A stretch of DNA of 33,289 nucleotides from Myxococcales bacterium (GCA_035498355.1 DATKAG010000263.1:1-33289); one strand, 5' to 3'. Shown: positions 1 to 10,674, counted from the stretch's first letter. Made by a program: numbers and translations. The notes: generated by a model not told the origin, from the letters alone.

Positions 1-1002
1 GCCTGCTTCACCAACGTCTGCTTCGCCACGCGCACCAACGCCTTGACGGACACCTGCTTCGCCGGGCAGCCGATGCGCGTCTGCATGGGAACCGGCGCCG
101 CGAACGTGGCCGATCCCGACGGCAACACCTGCACCTGGTCGGCCTGCGGCTACAACTCGGTGGCTCCCAAGCAGTTCTTCGGCGGCTGCTCCGGCACGAA
201 CGACAATACCGCCGGCACCCTCTGCATCTGCGGCGTCAACCGCTGGTTCGTCAACATCGGCGGCAACGACGCCAACCCGGGCACCCCCTCACTTCCCTTC
301 CGGACCATCGGCAAGGGACTGTCGGTGGCCAGGGCCGGGGACACGGTCTTCGTCAAGCCTGGCCAGTTCAGCTCCGAGACGTTTCCTCTCCTGGTTCCCG
401 CGGGCGTGTTCCTCATCGGGGACGAGGCGGGACGGGGCAACACCTCCGGCCAGCCCACCATCATCCCGGGCACCATCATCCCCGGCGCCGGCTCGGTGGT
501 CGCCGGCTTCACCATCAGCGTCAGCAACCCGATCGCCGACGGCATCGACGCCAGCGAGGCGGGGGCGGTGATCCGCAACAACACCTTCACCGGCAACGCC
601 CGCTTCAGCCTGCAGGTGACGGCGCCGGACCAGACCATCCTCCTCAACGCTTTCACCAACAATGACGGCTGGGGAATCATGTACAAGGCCGGCAGCACCG
701 CCACGGGAAAGGTGGAGAACAACACCCTCACCAGCAATGCCTTCGGCATCGAGGCCGACGCACCGCCCGGCGACCTGGGCGGCGGGGCCGCGGGAAGCGT
801 GGGCAACAACACCTTCTCCTGCAACGCGTTCGCCGACCTCTTTGCAGGGGTGGGGGGAATCACCGCCAACGGCAACCGGTGGGACCACGTCCCGCCCACG
901 TTCTCGGCCACCACCTCCGGCGGGGGGCTGGACCTCTTCGGCGGGACCGCTCCCGCGCCCACCACCACGGGCGCCATCCAGGCCGCGCCAGCCTGCAATT
1001 GA
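1..1002 (+). CDS. Secreted Cys-rich right-handed beta-helix protein (DUF1565 / pectin-lyase-fold like), 5'-truncated by window edge
   Basis: Frame 1 is open from nt 1, so the TTG at 43 is probably not the true start. The stretch FVNIGGNDANPGTPSLPFRTIGKGLSVARAGDTVFVKPGQF resembles the DUF1565 N-terminal signature. It is followed by repeated NNTxxxN beta-helix turns (IRNNTFTGN, VENNTLTSN, VGNNTFSCN). The N-terminal part is Cys-rich. Confidence 0.7.
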   Translation, partial: ACFTNVCFATRTNALTDTCFAGQPMRVCMGTGAANVADPDGNTCTWSACGYNSVAPKQFFGGCSGTNDNTAGTLCICGVNRWFVNIGGNDANPGTPSLPFRTIGKGLSVARAGDTVFVKPGQFSSETFPLLVPAGVFLIGDEAGRGNTSGQPTIIPGTIIPGAGSVVAGFTISVSNPIADGIDASEAGAVIRNNTFTGNARFSLQVTAPDQTILLNAFTNNDGWGIMYKAGSTATGKVENNTLTSNAFGIEADAPPGDLGGGAAGSVGNNTFSCNAFADLFAGVGGITANGNRWDHVPPTFSATTSGGGLDLFGGTAPAPTTTGAIQAAPACN

Positions 1003-1050
1003 CGCTCCTGGCTTGCCGCCGGGCCTGAAGCCGATGATCATCCGGCGCCC

Positions 1051-2115
1051 ATGCACCGCTGCGGGATGCTGCCCGAGGAGAGCGCGCGCCTCTTCGGCGT
1101 GAACGAGGAGGTGGGGCGGAAGCTGATGGCTGCCGCCGTGCAGCGGGGCGAGCGCGACCTCTCCGGCGTGCGCGGGGTGCGCAAGGAAGTGCTCCGGCGC
1201 ATCGCGGAGGCCTCCAGCGCCGAGCCGCTCGCCATCGTGCGCCGCGAGCTGGCGGTCGACGGGTTCCTCAAGTACCTCTTCGAGCTCGAGGACGGGGCGC
1301 AAGTGGAGGCGGTGCGCATCCCCGTGCCCTGCGAGGCGCCCGGCGCGGACACCAGCGCCTGGCAGGGGAAGGAGAAGAAGTACATCGTCTGCCTCTCCTC
1401 GCAGGCCGGCTGCGCGCTGGCCTGCGCCTTCTGCGCCACCGGCGAGATGGGCTTCCGCCGCAACCTCTCCGCCGCGGAGATCGTGGGCCAGGCGCTGGCC
1501 GTGCGCGCCGAGGCCGATCGGCCGCTGCGGGGCGCGGTGTTCATGGGGATGGGCGAGCCCTTCCTCAACTACGAGGAGGTGATCCGCGCCGCGCGCATCC
1601 TCAGCCATCCCTGCGGCGCGTCCATCGACGGGCGGGCGATCACCATCTCCACCGCCGGCATCGTTCCCCAGATCCGGCGCTTCACCGCCGAGGGTCACAA
1701 GTTCCGCCTCGCCGTCTCGCTCACGCACGGGGTCGCGCGCAAGCGCCTGCCGCTCATGCCGGTGGAGAAGAAGCATCCGACCGGGGCCCTGGTGGCCGCT
1801 CTGCACGACCATGCCCGCGCGCGCCGCACGCGCGTCCTGGTGGAGTACGTCCTTCTGGGCGGCGTGAACGACTCGGTCGAGGACGCGCGCGCACTCGCCG
1901 CGTTGCTGGACCGGCGGCTGGTGAAGGTCGATCTGATCGACGTGAACGGGACCACCGGCGGATTCCGCCGCGCCAGCGTTCAGGCCCGCTCCGCCTTTCT
2001 CGACGTGCTGGCCGGCGCGGGAATGCCCTTCGCCATCCGCTATTCGGGCGGACAGGACGTGGCCGCGGGATGCGGGCAGCTGGCCGGAAGCGGGACCGAG
2101 CGCCGGCGGTTATAG
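1051..2115 (+). CDS. rlmN: Radical SAM rRNA/tRNA adenine-C2 methyltransferase, RlmN/Cfr family
   Basis: CxxxCxxC radical SAM cluster motif in SSQAGCALACAFCATG. GMGEPFLNYEEV motif. C-terminal catalytic Cys in AAGCGQL. Length 354 aa. Confidence 0.85.
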   Translation: MHRCGMLPEESARLFGVNEEVGRKLMAAAVQRGERDLSGVRGVRKEVLRRIAEASSAEPLAIVRRELAVDGFLKYLFELEDGAQVEAVRIPVPCEAPGADTSAWQGKEKKYIVCLSSQAGCALACAFCATGEMGFRRNLSAAEIVGQALAVRAEADRPLRGAVFMGMGEPFLNYEEVIRAARILSHPCGASIDGRAITISTAGIVPQIRRFTAEGHKFRLAVSLTHGVARKRLPLMPVEKKHPTGALVAALHDHARARRTRVLVEYVLLGGVNDSVEDARALAALLDRRLVKVDLIDVNGTTGGFRRASVQARSAFLDVLAGAGMPFAIRYSGGQDVAAGCGQLAGSGTERRRL

Positions 2116-2154
2116 GGGCGTGGCCGTGAGGGCCGCTCCGGGGTCCCCACACCG

Positions 2155-2817
2155 ATGAAGACCGTCCTGCTGGCGCTCGCCTCCCTGCTCGCCGCCGGCC
2201 CGCTCCGGGCCGAGGGGCCGGCCCTGGGCGACATCGGCGCGAGCCTGGACCCGGCCTACGCCCAGCGCATGCACGACGTCCCGCCCGGGCCTTACAGGCA
2301 GCGCCACATGGACGCCCGCCAGGGAATGCTCATCTCCTTCGGCCTGGGCGGCGGAAGCGCCTACCTCTCCAACTCCGGGTACGGCCAGGGGCGCACCGGC
2401 GCCTTCGACATGGACTTCCGTCTCGGGTACGGCTTCTCCGACCGCTTCCAGCTCTTCATGGACTTCACGGTGGACGCCGGCCGCTATCCGCAGAGCGCGG
2501 ACTTCGCCTCCTGGACGTTCACCATCCGCGGCCAGACGGTCCTCCTCGGCGACCGGATGGGGAACGGGCTCAACCTGAACGCGGGCGTGGGCCTGGGCGG
2601 CGTGGACTACGGCTCCGGCTACTACTACGGCTATTCCACGTCCAGCGGGCTGGCCCTGGCCGGGGGCCTCTCGTACGACATCCGGGTGACGCCCTGGTTC
2701 GCGCTCAGCCCCGAGTTCTTCGTCAACTGGCACGAGATCCCCAACCCGCCGCCGCAGGATCACGACGTCGCCAGCATCTTCGGGGCCCGGCTCAACTTCC
2801 TCTGGTACCTGAAGTAG
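2155..2817 (+). CDS. Outer-membrane beta-barrel (porin-family) protein
   Basis: Signal peptide MKTVLLALASLLAAGPLRAEG. Alternating hydrophobic/Gly/Tyr-rich strands (GLGGGSAYLSNSGYG, GVGLGGVDYGSGYYYGYS). Aromatic-rich C-terminus NFLWYLK. Confidence 0.65.
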   Translation: MKTVLLALASLLAAGPLRAEGPALGDIGASLDPAYAQRMHDVPPGPYRQRHMDARQGMLISFGLGGGSAYLSNSGYGQGRTGAFDMDFRLGYGFSDRFQLFMDFTVDAGRYPQSADFASWTFTIRGQTVLLGDRMGNGLNLNAGVGLGGVDYGSGYYYGYSTSSGLALAGGLSYDIRVTPWFALSPEFFVNWHEIPNPPPQDHDVASIFGARLNFLWYLK

Positions 2818-2820
2818 AAG

Positions 2821-2847
2821 GCTGTCCCCCGTTTTCACGGGGACAGC
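2821..2847. terminator. Hairpin between convergent OMP and csp genes (putative bidirectional terminator)
   Basis: GCTGTCCCC (2821-2829) pairs with GGGGACAGC (2839-2847) around a 9-nt loop containing TTTT. It lies in the 69-nt gap between two convergent stop codons. Confidence 0.55.
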
Positions 2848-2886
2848 CAGGGTCACGCTGCGCGTGGTTTGCTGCGGAATCTGTTC

Positions 2887-3090
2887 TCAGACCTTCCGGA
2901 CGTTCGCCGCCTGCGGACCCTTGGGGCCCTCGGTGACCTCGTACTCCACCTTCTGTCCTTCCGCGAGGCTGCGGAATCCCTCCATCTGGATCGCGGTGTG
3001 ATGGACGAACACGTCCTTGCCACCTCCGTCGGGAGTGATGAAGCCGTAGCCCTTCGCGTCGTTGAACCACTTCACGGTACCTGTCGCCAT
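2887..3090 (-). CDS. cspA: Cold-shock protein (CspA family, 67 aa)
   Basis: [34 protein letters not shown] contains the RNP1 (KGYGFI) and RNP2 (VFVHH) motifs. The true ATG is at 3090, not the upstream ORF-track start at 3174. Confidence 0.95.
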   Translation of the reverse strand: MATGTVKWFNDAKGYGFITPDGGGKDVFVHHTAIQMEGFRSLAEGQKVEYEVTEGPKGPQAANVRKV

Positions 3091-3161
3091 TCCGCTTCTG
3101 CCTTTCGCAAGCGGCTCCCATCGCGGGCGCCTTGGTGCAGCTGCACTTCCTTCAGCAACTG

Positions 3162-3191
3162 AGGATAGGAACACGGCGCAGCGCGATTCAA
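3162..3191 (-). promoter_or_regulatory. Candidate sigma70-type promoter for csp gene
   Basis: The minus strand reads TTGAAT (3191-3186), an 18-nt spacer, then TATCCT (3167-3162). This would give a leader of roughly 65-70 nt before the ATG at 3090. Pattern match only. Confidence 0.35.
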
Positions 3192-3244
3192 GGGGGCGAA
3201 AACACCCACTTCGACCTACGCCTGCCCGTGCGTCCGTCGACCAG

Positions 3245-3604
3245 TCAACCGCGCTTGGCGGCCGGTGATTCCCCCGCCGACCGCTCCTCGCCCAGCGCCC
3301 AGGCGCCCGCGGGGCTGCGCAGGAGCAGCTCTACCTCTTCCGGGGAGAGGGTGGCCGTGCGCACCACCGCCAGGGTGGGATGCTTCAGCACCAGCTGCGC
3401 CGACCCGCCCGCCAGCATCCGCACCCGGGGGCGCTCGCCGCGCTCGCGCAAGAGCTCCAGGTGCTGGGCCAGGTCGCGCAGGTGGCGGTCGATGCGCAGC
3501 GCCCGCCGGGTCTCGCCGGCGAAGGCGTGGAAGTGCTTGTTGCGCGAGAGCGGGCGCGCCTCCTCCTGGAGGCGGCGCACCAGCCGGTAGAGGAACTCGC
3601 GCAT
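3245..3604 (-). CDS. Hypothetical protein (119 aa), no recognised domain
   Basis: Balanced Leu/Arg/Glu composition, unlike the Arg/Pro/Gly-rich overlapping frames. Co-directional between the rhomboid and csp genes. Confidence 0.55.
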   Translation of the reverse strand: MREFLYRLVRRLQEEARPLSRNKHFHAFAGETRRALRIDRHLRDLAQHLELLRERGERPRVRMLAGGSAQLVLKHPTLAVVRTATLSPEEVELLLRSPAGAWALGEERSAGESPAAKRG

Positions 3605-3648
3605 GGGAGGAAGGTACCACCCCAGGCGCGTGAAAACAGGCTTGACTT

Positions 3649-4755
3649 TCAGGGCACGGAGCGGGCGGTGCGGGCGATCTGGGCGACCATCGCCTCCCCT
3701 TGCTCACCTTTGCACACCGGGTCGCCGCAGGCGAATTCGATCACCAGGGTGCCGTTCCCGTCCGCCGTCGCGTAGACGGCGTTGTCCACCCCTTGCTCGC
3801 TCCACTTCTGGCGCAGCCAGGTGCGATCGCCCATCCGCACGGCGTCTTCGCCCGGGTCGATGTGCAGGGCCTTGTCCTCGCGCCGCAGGTGCGCCTCGAC
3901 CACGCCCTGCAGGTACGCCACGCCCGGCTTCACCGGCACCAAAAGGGAAGGAACCTGCGCCTCCACGCCGGGGCCGCGCAGCGTCCGGGTGTGGGGCTTC
4001 ACCGCCCGCGCCACCGCCGCTCCCTCCATGCAGGCGAGCGCGACCGACGAGGCGAAGAGCAGCGTGCGCGCCGCCCCGTGCCAGGGCTTCCGCTCCCCGC
4101 GCACCAGCGGGACGACCAGGCCGAGCAGGAGGCCGGAGAGGAGGCCGCCGAGGTGGGCGGCGTTGTCCACCGGCGCGCTGAAAGCGATGAAGAGGTTGAT
4201 GAGAAGGTTGATGAAGATGGCGCGGGTGATCCCCCGCCGCACCGGCTCCGGCAGGTGCTTGCGCACCCGCAGGTAGAGCGCCACCGTCCCCCCGAAGAGG
4301 CCGAAGAGGCCGCCGGAAGCGCCCGCGGAAAGGCGGGCAGCGCCGGTGTGCAGGGTCCAGGCGGTGCTGGCCGCTCCGCCGGCGATGGAGGTGGCCGCGA
4401 ACAGCCCCAGGGTGGGGTTGGAGCCGAAGGCCAGCTCCAGCTGCGGGGCGAGGATCCAGAGGGCGTAGGCATTGACCAGCAGGTGGAGCCAGCCGATGTG
4501 CAAGAGCGCGTAGGACCCCAGCCGCCAGAAATCGCCGTCCTGGATGGCGGGCGCGTAGAGGGCGCCCAGGCGGAAGAGGGCGATGCTGTTTTCCACCGAC
4601 GGGTCCTTGCCCAGCAGCCCCTCGGCGGCGAAGGCGGCGCCGAGCACGATCAAGAGGGCCCAGGTGGTGGGCCGGGGAGGTCGGCGGCGGGCGCTGGGCG
4701 CGGGGGCCGGCTCGGAGACGGGCTCGGGCGACAGTCCGCCCAGCGGATCGCTCAC
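3649..4755 (-). CDS. Rhomboid-family intramembrane serine protease with extra TM and C-terminal soluble domain
   Basis: Catalytic GASGGLFGLFG (Ser) and AHLGGLLSGLLLG (His) motifs, plus HIGWLHLLVN. The GTG start at 4755 overlaps the upstream stop (GTGA). The ORF-track 808-aa ORF is this gene plus an upstream shadow-frame extension. Confidence 0.9.
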   Translation of the reverse strand: MSDPLGGLSPEPVSEPAPAPSARRRPPRPTTWALLIVLGAAFAAEGLLGKDPSVENSIALFRLGALYAPAIQDGDFWRLGSYALLHIGWLHLLVNAYALWILAPQLELAFGSNPTLGLFAATSIAGGAASTAWTLHTGAARLSAGASGGLFGLFGGTVALYLRVRKHLPEPVRRGITRAIFINLLINLFIAFSAPVDNAAHLGGLLSGLLLGLVVPLVRGERKPWHGAARTLLFASSVALACMEGAAVARAVKPHTRTLRGPGVEAQVPSLLVPVKPGVAYLQGVVEAHLRREDKALHIDPGEDAVRMGDRTWLRQKWSEQGVDNAVYATADGNGTLVIEFACGDPVCKGEQGEAMVAQIARTARSVP

Positions 4756-6035
4756 AGCGTGCTTTCCACCGCGGCCCGCAGCTTCTTCTCCACCCCTGAG
4801 ATCGGGCCCACGGCGCAGGCCACCAGGTTCTCGCGGCGGAAGATGGCGGAGGCGACCCGCCGCACGTCCGCCGCGGTCACCCCCTCGACGCGCGAGAGCC
4901 AGGACTCGAACGGCTCGGCGGGCGGGTGCAAGAGCTCCCCGGCCCCGAACCAGCCGATCATCTCCGCCGGCGAGTCGAGGGAGAACTCCAGCCAGATGCG
5001 CGACTTCTTCTTGGCCCGCGCCAGCTCGTCCCCGGGCAGGTCCTCCTCCCGCAGGGCGGCGAGGATGCGCAGCATCTCCCCCACCGCGGCAGGAGCCTTG
5101 CGCGGGGCGCAGGCGCAGCCCACCTCGAAGACGGAGCAGTCGCTGAAGCCGTCCATGCCCGCCCCCACCGAGTAGGCCAACGCCTTCTGCTCCACCATCT
5201 GCATCTGCAGGCGGGAAGCGAGGCCGTCGTCCAGCACCCGCTTGATCACCCGCAGCACGGGGAAGTCCGGGTGCTCCTCGGGCGGGGCGCGGAAGGAGAC
5301 CTGCAGCTCGAGCTGGGACTCGGTGTGCTCCGCCACCACCAGCTGCGGGCCGCGCGGCGCGCCGTTGAGGGCGCCGTCCGCCACCGGCTCGCCCGGCCGC
5401 AGGTGGCCGAAGTGCCTCTCCGCCAGCTCCATCACCGCCTCGTGCCGCAGCGGACCCGCCGCCGCCAGCACGATGTTGCGGGCGCCGTAGGCGCGCTCGT
5501 GCTGGGCTCGCAGGTGGCCGGCGTCCAGCGCGCTCACCGTCTCCCGGGTGCCGGCGATCTTCATCCCCAGGGGATGGCCGGGGAAGAGAGCGCGCTTGGA
5601 GAGGTTGTCGATGTCGATGTCCCGGCCGTTCTCGTCCACCTCGTCGAGGATCTCCTCCAGGATCACCTCGCGCTCCAGCTCGATCTCCTTGAAGAGCGGG
5701 CGGGCCAGCATGTCGCCCAGCACCGCCAAAGGCACCTCCAGCCGCCGGGGATGGACGGGGGAGAAATAGTAGCCGTGGTCGCGGGTGGTGACGCCGTTCA
5801 GCGAGCCGCCGCAGTCCTCCACCAGGGCGTTCATCGCCCGTCCCTCCGGGTACCCCTCGCTGCCGCGGAAGAAGAGGTGCTCGAGGAAGTGGGAGACGCC
5901 GTTCTCCGCCGGGTCCTCGTGCCGCGATCCGGCACGCACGTAGGCCGCGATCATCCCGGTGTGCAGGTGGGGCAGCTCCACGGTGACCACCCGCAGGCCG
6001 TTGGACAGGACGCTCTTGCGCGTGGGGTCCGTCAT
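4752..6035 (-). CDS. M16 (pitrilysin) family zinc metallopeptidase
   Basis: HFLEH inverted zinc-binding motif in GVSHFLEHLFFRGS. Typical N-terminus LSNGLRVV. 427 aa from the ATG at 6035; the upstream ORF-track extension to 6629 overlaps the kinase gene in another frame. Confidence 0.9.
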   Translation of the reverse strand: MTDPTRKSVLSNGLRVVTVELPHLHTGMIAAYVRAGSRHEDPAENGVSHFLEHLFFRGSEGYPEGRAMNALVEDCGGSLNGVTTRDHGYYFSPVHPRRLEVPLAVLGDMLARPLFKEIELEREVILEEILDEVDENGRDIDIDNLSKRALFPGHPLGMKIAGTRETVSALDAGHLRAQHERAYGARNIVLAAAGPLRHEAVMELAERHFGHLRPGEPVADGALNGAPRGPQLVVAEHTESQLELQVSFRAPPEEHPDFPVLRVIKRVLDDGLASRLQMQMVEQKALAYSVGAGMDGFSDCSVFEVGCACAPRKAPAAVGEMLRILAALREEDLPGDELARAKKKSRIWLEFSLDSPAEMIGWFGAGELLHPPAEPFESWLSRVEGVTAADVRRVASAIFRRENLVACAVGPISGVEKKLRAAVESTL

Positions 6036-6061
6036 CGGGGCGGCGGAGGATATGCGCCGGA

Positions 6062-7618
<1,557 letters not shown>

Positions 7619-7638
7619 CGATCTACATTCTAGCGCCC

Positions 7639-8526
7639 ATGCGCCGCCTCCTGCCCCTTCTTGCGTTCGCAGCGGCCTGCGGCGGCGCCGCGCTGCCCGA
7701 CCGGGTGGCGGTCATGGGCGTCGACCGGCTCTCCGGCGAGCTGGCCGGGCAGGAAGTGGAGATGCCCGGCGCGGACCTTTCGGCGGTGCGGGGGCCGGCG
7801 GCGATGATGATGCTGGGGGCCTCCGTGGACGCGGCCCGCGTTCCCGACTGCGCGCTGCGGCGCAAGGTCTCGGGGGCGCTGGTGGCGCGCACGCTCCCCT
7901 GCGTGTCGCTTCTCGGACACTACGCGGCGATGGACCGGGCCCGGCAGTTCCTCCTCGCCGCCGGGGCCGAGGCCATGCTGCCCGCGCCGGTGCTGGTCGA
8001 CGACTCCGCCGATCCCGGCCTGCGCTACGACGCGCGCGGCGACGTCTTCCACCTGGGAGAGGGCCCCGCCGGCGCGCGCGTTCCTCTGGCCCTCAACCCC
8101 GGCGCCGTCACCCGGGAGATGGCCCGCCGGCAATTGCGGGCGGTGGCCGCGGCGCATCCGGAGGAGGCGGAGGGCGTGGCGCTCTTCCTCGGCGGCGCCG
8201 CCGCCGGCGATCCCGGCTACCTGGCCGCCTCCGAGCCCGGCGGCGATCCCATCGGCCAGCTGGACCTCTCCCGCCCGCTCCCTTCCGGGGCGGCGCCTTC
8301 CGCCGTGCTCGCCGCCGCCCTCTGGGCCTGGGGGGACGCCAGCGGCGATCTGACGGGCGCCGCGCGCGCCGCGCTGGCCGCCTCCCGCGCCTTGGGCCCG
8401 GGCCCGGCCGAGCCGGCCATGGTGCTCTCCCTGGTGGCCGCCCAGCTCGAGGGAGCCGAGCGCGATCAGGCCTGCGCGGTCTTCCGCGCCCGGCTGCACG
8501 GCGCGGGCATCTCCGCCTGTCCCTGA
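7639..8526 (+). CDS. Hypothetical lipoprotein
   Basis: Lipobox in MRRLLPLLAFAAACGG. High GC3 frame. No recognised domain. Confidence 0.65.
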   Translation: MRRLLPLLAFAAACGGAALPDRVAVMGVDRLSGELAGQEVEMPGADLSAVRGPAAMMMLGASVDAARVPDCALRRKVSGALVARTLPCVSLLGHYAAMDRARQFLLAAGAEAMLPAPVLVDDSADPGLRYDARGDVFHLGEGPAGARVPLALNPGAVTREMARRQLRAVAAAHPEEAEGVALFLGGAAAGDPGYLAASEPGGDPIGQLDLSRPLPSGAAPSAVLAAALWAWGDASGDLTGAARAALAASRALGPGPAEPAMVLSLVAAQLEGAERDQACAVFRARLHGAGISACP

Positions 8527-8535
8527 AGCGAGCGC

Positions 8536-8997
8536 ATGGCAGACTCCGGCTCCCGCGAGATGCCCCCGGCCCTGGTACAGTTCCTCCTCGGCGGGCAGAC
8601 GCTGGTGGTGGCCACGGTGGACGAGCGGGGAGCGCCGATGACCACCCTGATGACCTGGGCGGTGGCGCGCAATCCCTCCACCCTGACCCTGGCGGTGGAC
8701 ACCCGGGGGCGCTCGATGCGCAACCTCCGCTCCAACGCCAAGGTGGCCATCGAGGTCCTGGGCGACGATCTCTGCTATGGGCTGCGCGGGACGGCGGTGG
8801 TGGAGAAGGAGCTGATGCAGTCGCCGCCCTTCCCCTGCGCACTGGTGGCGGTGCGCATCGAGGAGGTGCGCGACCACGCCGCCGCCGGCATCGCCTTCAG
8901 GGGCCCCAGCTACGCCTTCCACCCGGGCAAGGAGCACCGCAAGGGGGTGGAGGAAAGCGTCTACGCCGAGCTGAAAGGTCCGACGCCTACCATTTGA
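8536..8997 (+). CDS. Pyridoxamine 5'-phosphate oxidase-like FMN-binding split-barrel protein
   Basis: LVVATVDERGAPMTTLMTW ... NLRSNAKVAIEV ... GLRGTAVV pattern typical of the PNPOx-like family. Lies 9 nt after the preceding gene. Confidence 0.7.
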   Translation: MADSGSREMPPALVQFLLGGQTLVVATVDERGAPMTTLMTWAVARNPSTLTLAVDTRGRSMRNLRSNAKVAIEVLGDDLCYGLRGTAVVEKELMQSPPFPCALVAVRIEEVRDHAAAGIAFRGPSYAFHPGKEHRKGVEESVYAELKGPTPTI

Positions 8998-9076
8998 GCG
9001 GGCGTCCGCTCCGCTCCCGCTCGCTCCCCGTTGTTTTTTTCGCTACTCTTCCGCCCCCTTCCCGGGAGCGGAGTAC

Positions 9077-9934
9077 ATGGCTTTCGCGTTCATCGTCGCC
9101 CTCGTCGCCGCCATCCTCGCCGTCGTGTTCTTCCTCCAGGGCCAGTCCGCCGCCAAGGCGGTGGCGGGCCTGCGGGAGGAGGCCGGCGCCGCGCGCAAGG
9201 ACACCGAGGCCGCCCGCGCGGAGCTGCGCAAGGCCCAGGAGGAGCTGAAGTCGCGCTCCGCCCAGCTCTCCGAAACCCGCGAGAAGCTCTCGGAGACCCG
9301 GCGCAAGGCGCAGGAGGGCCGCTCCGGACGATCGGCGCCGCGGGGGGCCCGGGAGGCCGAATTGGAGGAGGATCTGCAGCACGCCCGCCGGCTCAACGAG
9401 GAGGCGCACGCCAACGAGGCACAGGCCCGGCGCGATCTGGCCGCCGCCCGCGCCTCGGAGGGCCAGCTCCGCTCGGAGATGGAGAAGGCGCAGGCTCGCC
9501 TGCGCGAGCTGTCGGAGCGCCCGGCCGCGGCGCCAGCGGCGCCTCCGCCCCCGGCCGCCGACGCGGTGCGCGAGCAGCTCGAGGCGGCCAAGAGCGAGCT
9601 GGAGCGGCAGGTGGCCGCGGCGGAGCGCCACACCCGGGAGGCGAAGCGGCGCGAGCAGGAGCTGCGCGAGGAGGTCCGCAAGCACAAGGGCCGGGCCGAG
9701 ACCAACAACCGCGTCTACCTGGTGACCAAGGGAGAGCTGGAGCTGGTCAAGGAACGGCTGGCGCAGGCGGAGCGCAAGCTCTGGCAGGCCGGCATCCCGC
9801 TGGCCCCGCCGCCGCAGAAGGAGCGCCCCAAGGCCACCGGCCCGGCCGCCGCCGACCGCTCTGCCGACGAGCCCGCCGCGGAGGAAGCGGCGCCGGAGGA
9901 GTCAGCCGCGCCTGCTCCAAACGATCCCGCCTAG
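9077..9934 (+). CDS. N-terminally membrane-anchored coiled-coil protein (Ala/Glu/Arg-rich)
   Basis: TM helix MAFAFIVALVAAILAVVFFL. Long heptad-like charged stretches (ELRKAQEELKSRSAQLSETREKLSETRRKAQE and others). Pro/Ala-rich tail. GGAG Shine-Dalgarno 4-7 nt before the ATG. Confidence 0.7.
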   Translation: MAFAFIVALVAAILAVVFFLQGQSAAKAVAGLREEAGAARKDTEAARAELRKAQEELKSRSAQLSETREKLSETRRKAQEGRSGRSAPRGAREAELEEDLQHARRLNEEAHANEAQARRDLAAARASEGQLRSEMEKAQARLRELSERPAAAPAAPPPPAADAVREQLEAAKSELERQVAAAERHTREAKRREQELREEVRKHKGRAETNNRVYLVTKGELELVKERLAQAERKLWQAGIPLAPPPQKERPKATGPAAADRSADEPAAEEAAPEESAAPAPNDPA

Positions 9935-9939
9935 AACCC

Positions 9940-10302
9940 TCAGGGGAGGACTTTTTCGAGGAGCGAGAGGAGCTGGGGCGCCTCGAAGGGCTTGCTGAGG
10001 AAGCCGGCCGCGCCGGTGCGGCCGGCGATCTGCTCGAGGTCTTCCTTGGCCGAGATCAGCACCACCGGGACGCGCTTGCTGGCCGGCAGGCCGCTCATGC
10101 CCCGCAAGAAGCCTTCGCCGTCCAGGTGGGGCATGCGCAGGTCGAGAAGGATCACCTCGGGGCGGAACTCGGGAAGGACCCGCACGGCCTCCACCGCGTC
10201 ACGCGCGAGGGCCACTTCGTAGCCCTCCATCCCCAACAGGTCCGCGACTCCATCCCTGAATCCCTCTTCGTCGTCCACGATCAGGACGCGGCGACCCGCC
10301 AT
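9940..10302 (-). CDS. Single-domain response regulator (receiver only)
   Basis: RVLIVDDEEG acidic pocket, phospho-acceptor context VILLDLRMPHLDG, and LISAKED ... LSKPF. ATG at 10302 preferred over the TTG at 10320. Confidence 0.9.
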   Translation of the reverse strand: MAGRRVLIVDDEEGFRDGVADLLGMEGYEVALARDAVEAVRVLPEFRPEVILLDLRMPHLDGEGFLRGMSGLPASKRVPVVLISAKEDLEQIAGRTGAAGFLSKPFEAPQLLSLLEKVLP

Positions 10303-10442
10303 GAGATCCTGCCTCTTCAAGCTTCTCCCTGTCCGTCAGGTAGGACATGCGACCACAGCTGGCAAGCTTTGTCCATGCGCATCCGTTTAGAAACTTCCCC
10401 CGCATTCACGGGAACAGCCAAAGAGGCGGCTTCATGGCCTCC

Positions 10443-10471
10443 TTGACTTGAAACGGGCAGTTCGTTAGATC
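10443..10471 (+). promoter_or_regulatory. Candidate promoter for tRNA-Leu
   Basis: TTGACT (10443-10448), a 17-nt spacer, then TAGATC (10466-10471), about 22 nt upstream of the mature tRNA 5' end. Pattern match only. Confidence 0.35.
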
Positions 10472-10493
10472 GCCACGGCTTTTCTGGCGTCGA

Positions 10494-10580
10494 GCCGAAG
10501 TGGTGGAATTGGCAGACACGCCAGATTCAGGGTCTGGTGGGGGCAACCCCGTGGAGGTTCGAGTCCTCTCTTCGGCACCA
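10494..10580 (+). tRNA. tRNA-Leu (anticodon CAG), encoded CCA
   Basis: Acceptor GCCGAAG/CTTCGGC is perfect. D-arm GTGGAATTGGCAGACAC. Anticodon stem CCAGA/TCTGG with loop TTCAGGG. Long variable arm TGGGGGCAACCCCG. T-arm GGAGGTTCGAGTCCTCT. Discriminator A plus CCA. Confidence 0.95.
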
Positions 10581-10638
10581 CCGACGCCCCGGCGGCGGAT
10601 CCCTGAGCGCCTTGATCCGCGCCCGTCACCGGACGGTA

Positions 10639-10674
10639 GAGCCTCGGCCACCTGGCCGGGGCTCTTCTGTTTTT
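10639..10674 (+). terminator. Rho-independent terminator after tRNA-Leu
   Basis: GAGCCTCGGCC (10639-10649), loop ACCT, then GGCCGGGGCTC (10654-10664). This is an 11-bp stem with one G.U pair, followed by TTCTGTTTTT. Confidence 0.7.

Noticed and set aside
43-1002. TTG at 43 as the start of the beta-helix protein
   Set aside because: The frame is open back to nt 1 with the same Cys-rich composition, so the gene most likely begins upstream of the window.
10355-10375. Sigma54-like CTGGCAAGCTTTGTCC upstream of the tRNA / response regulator region
   Set aside because: The GG-to-GC spacing does not match the TGGCAC-N5-TTGC architecture, and no -12 TTGC element is in register.
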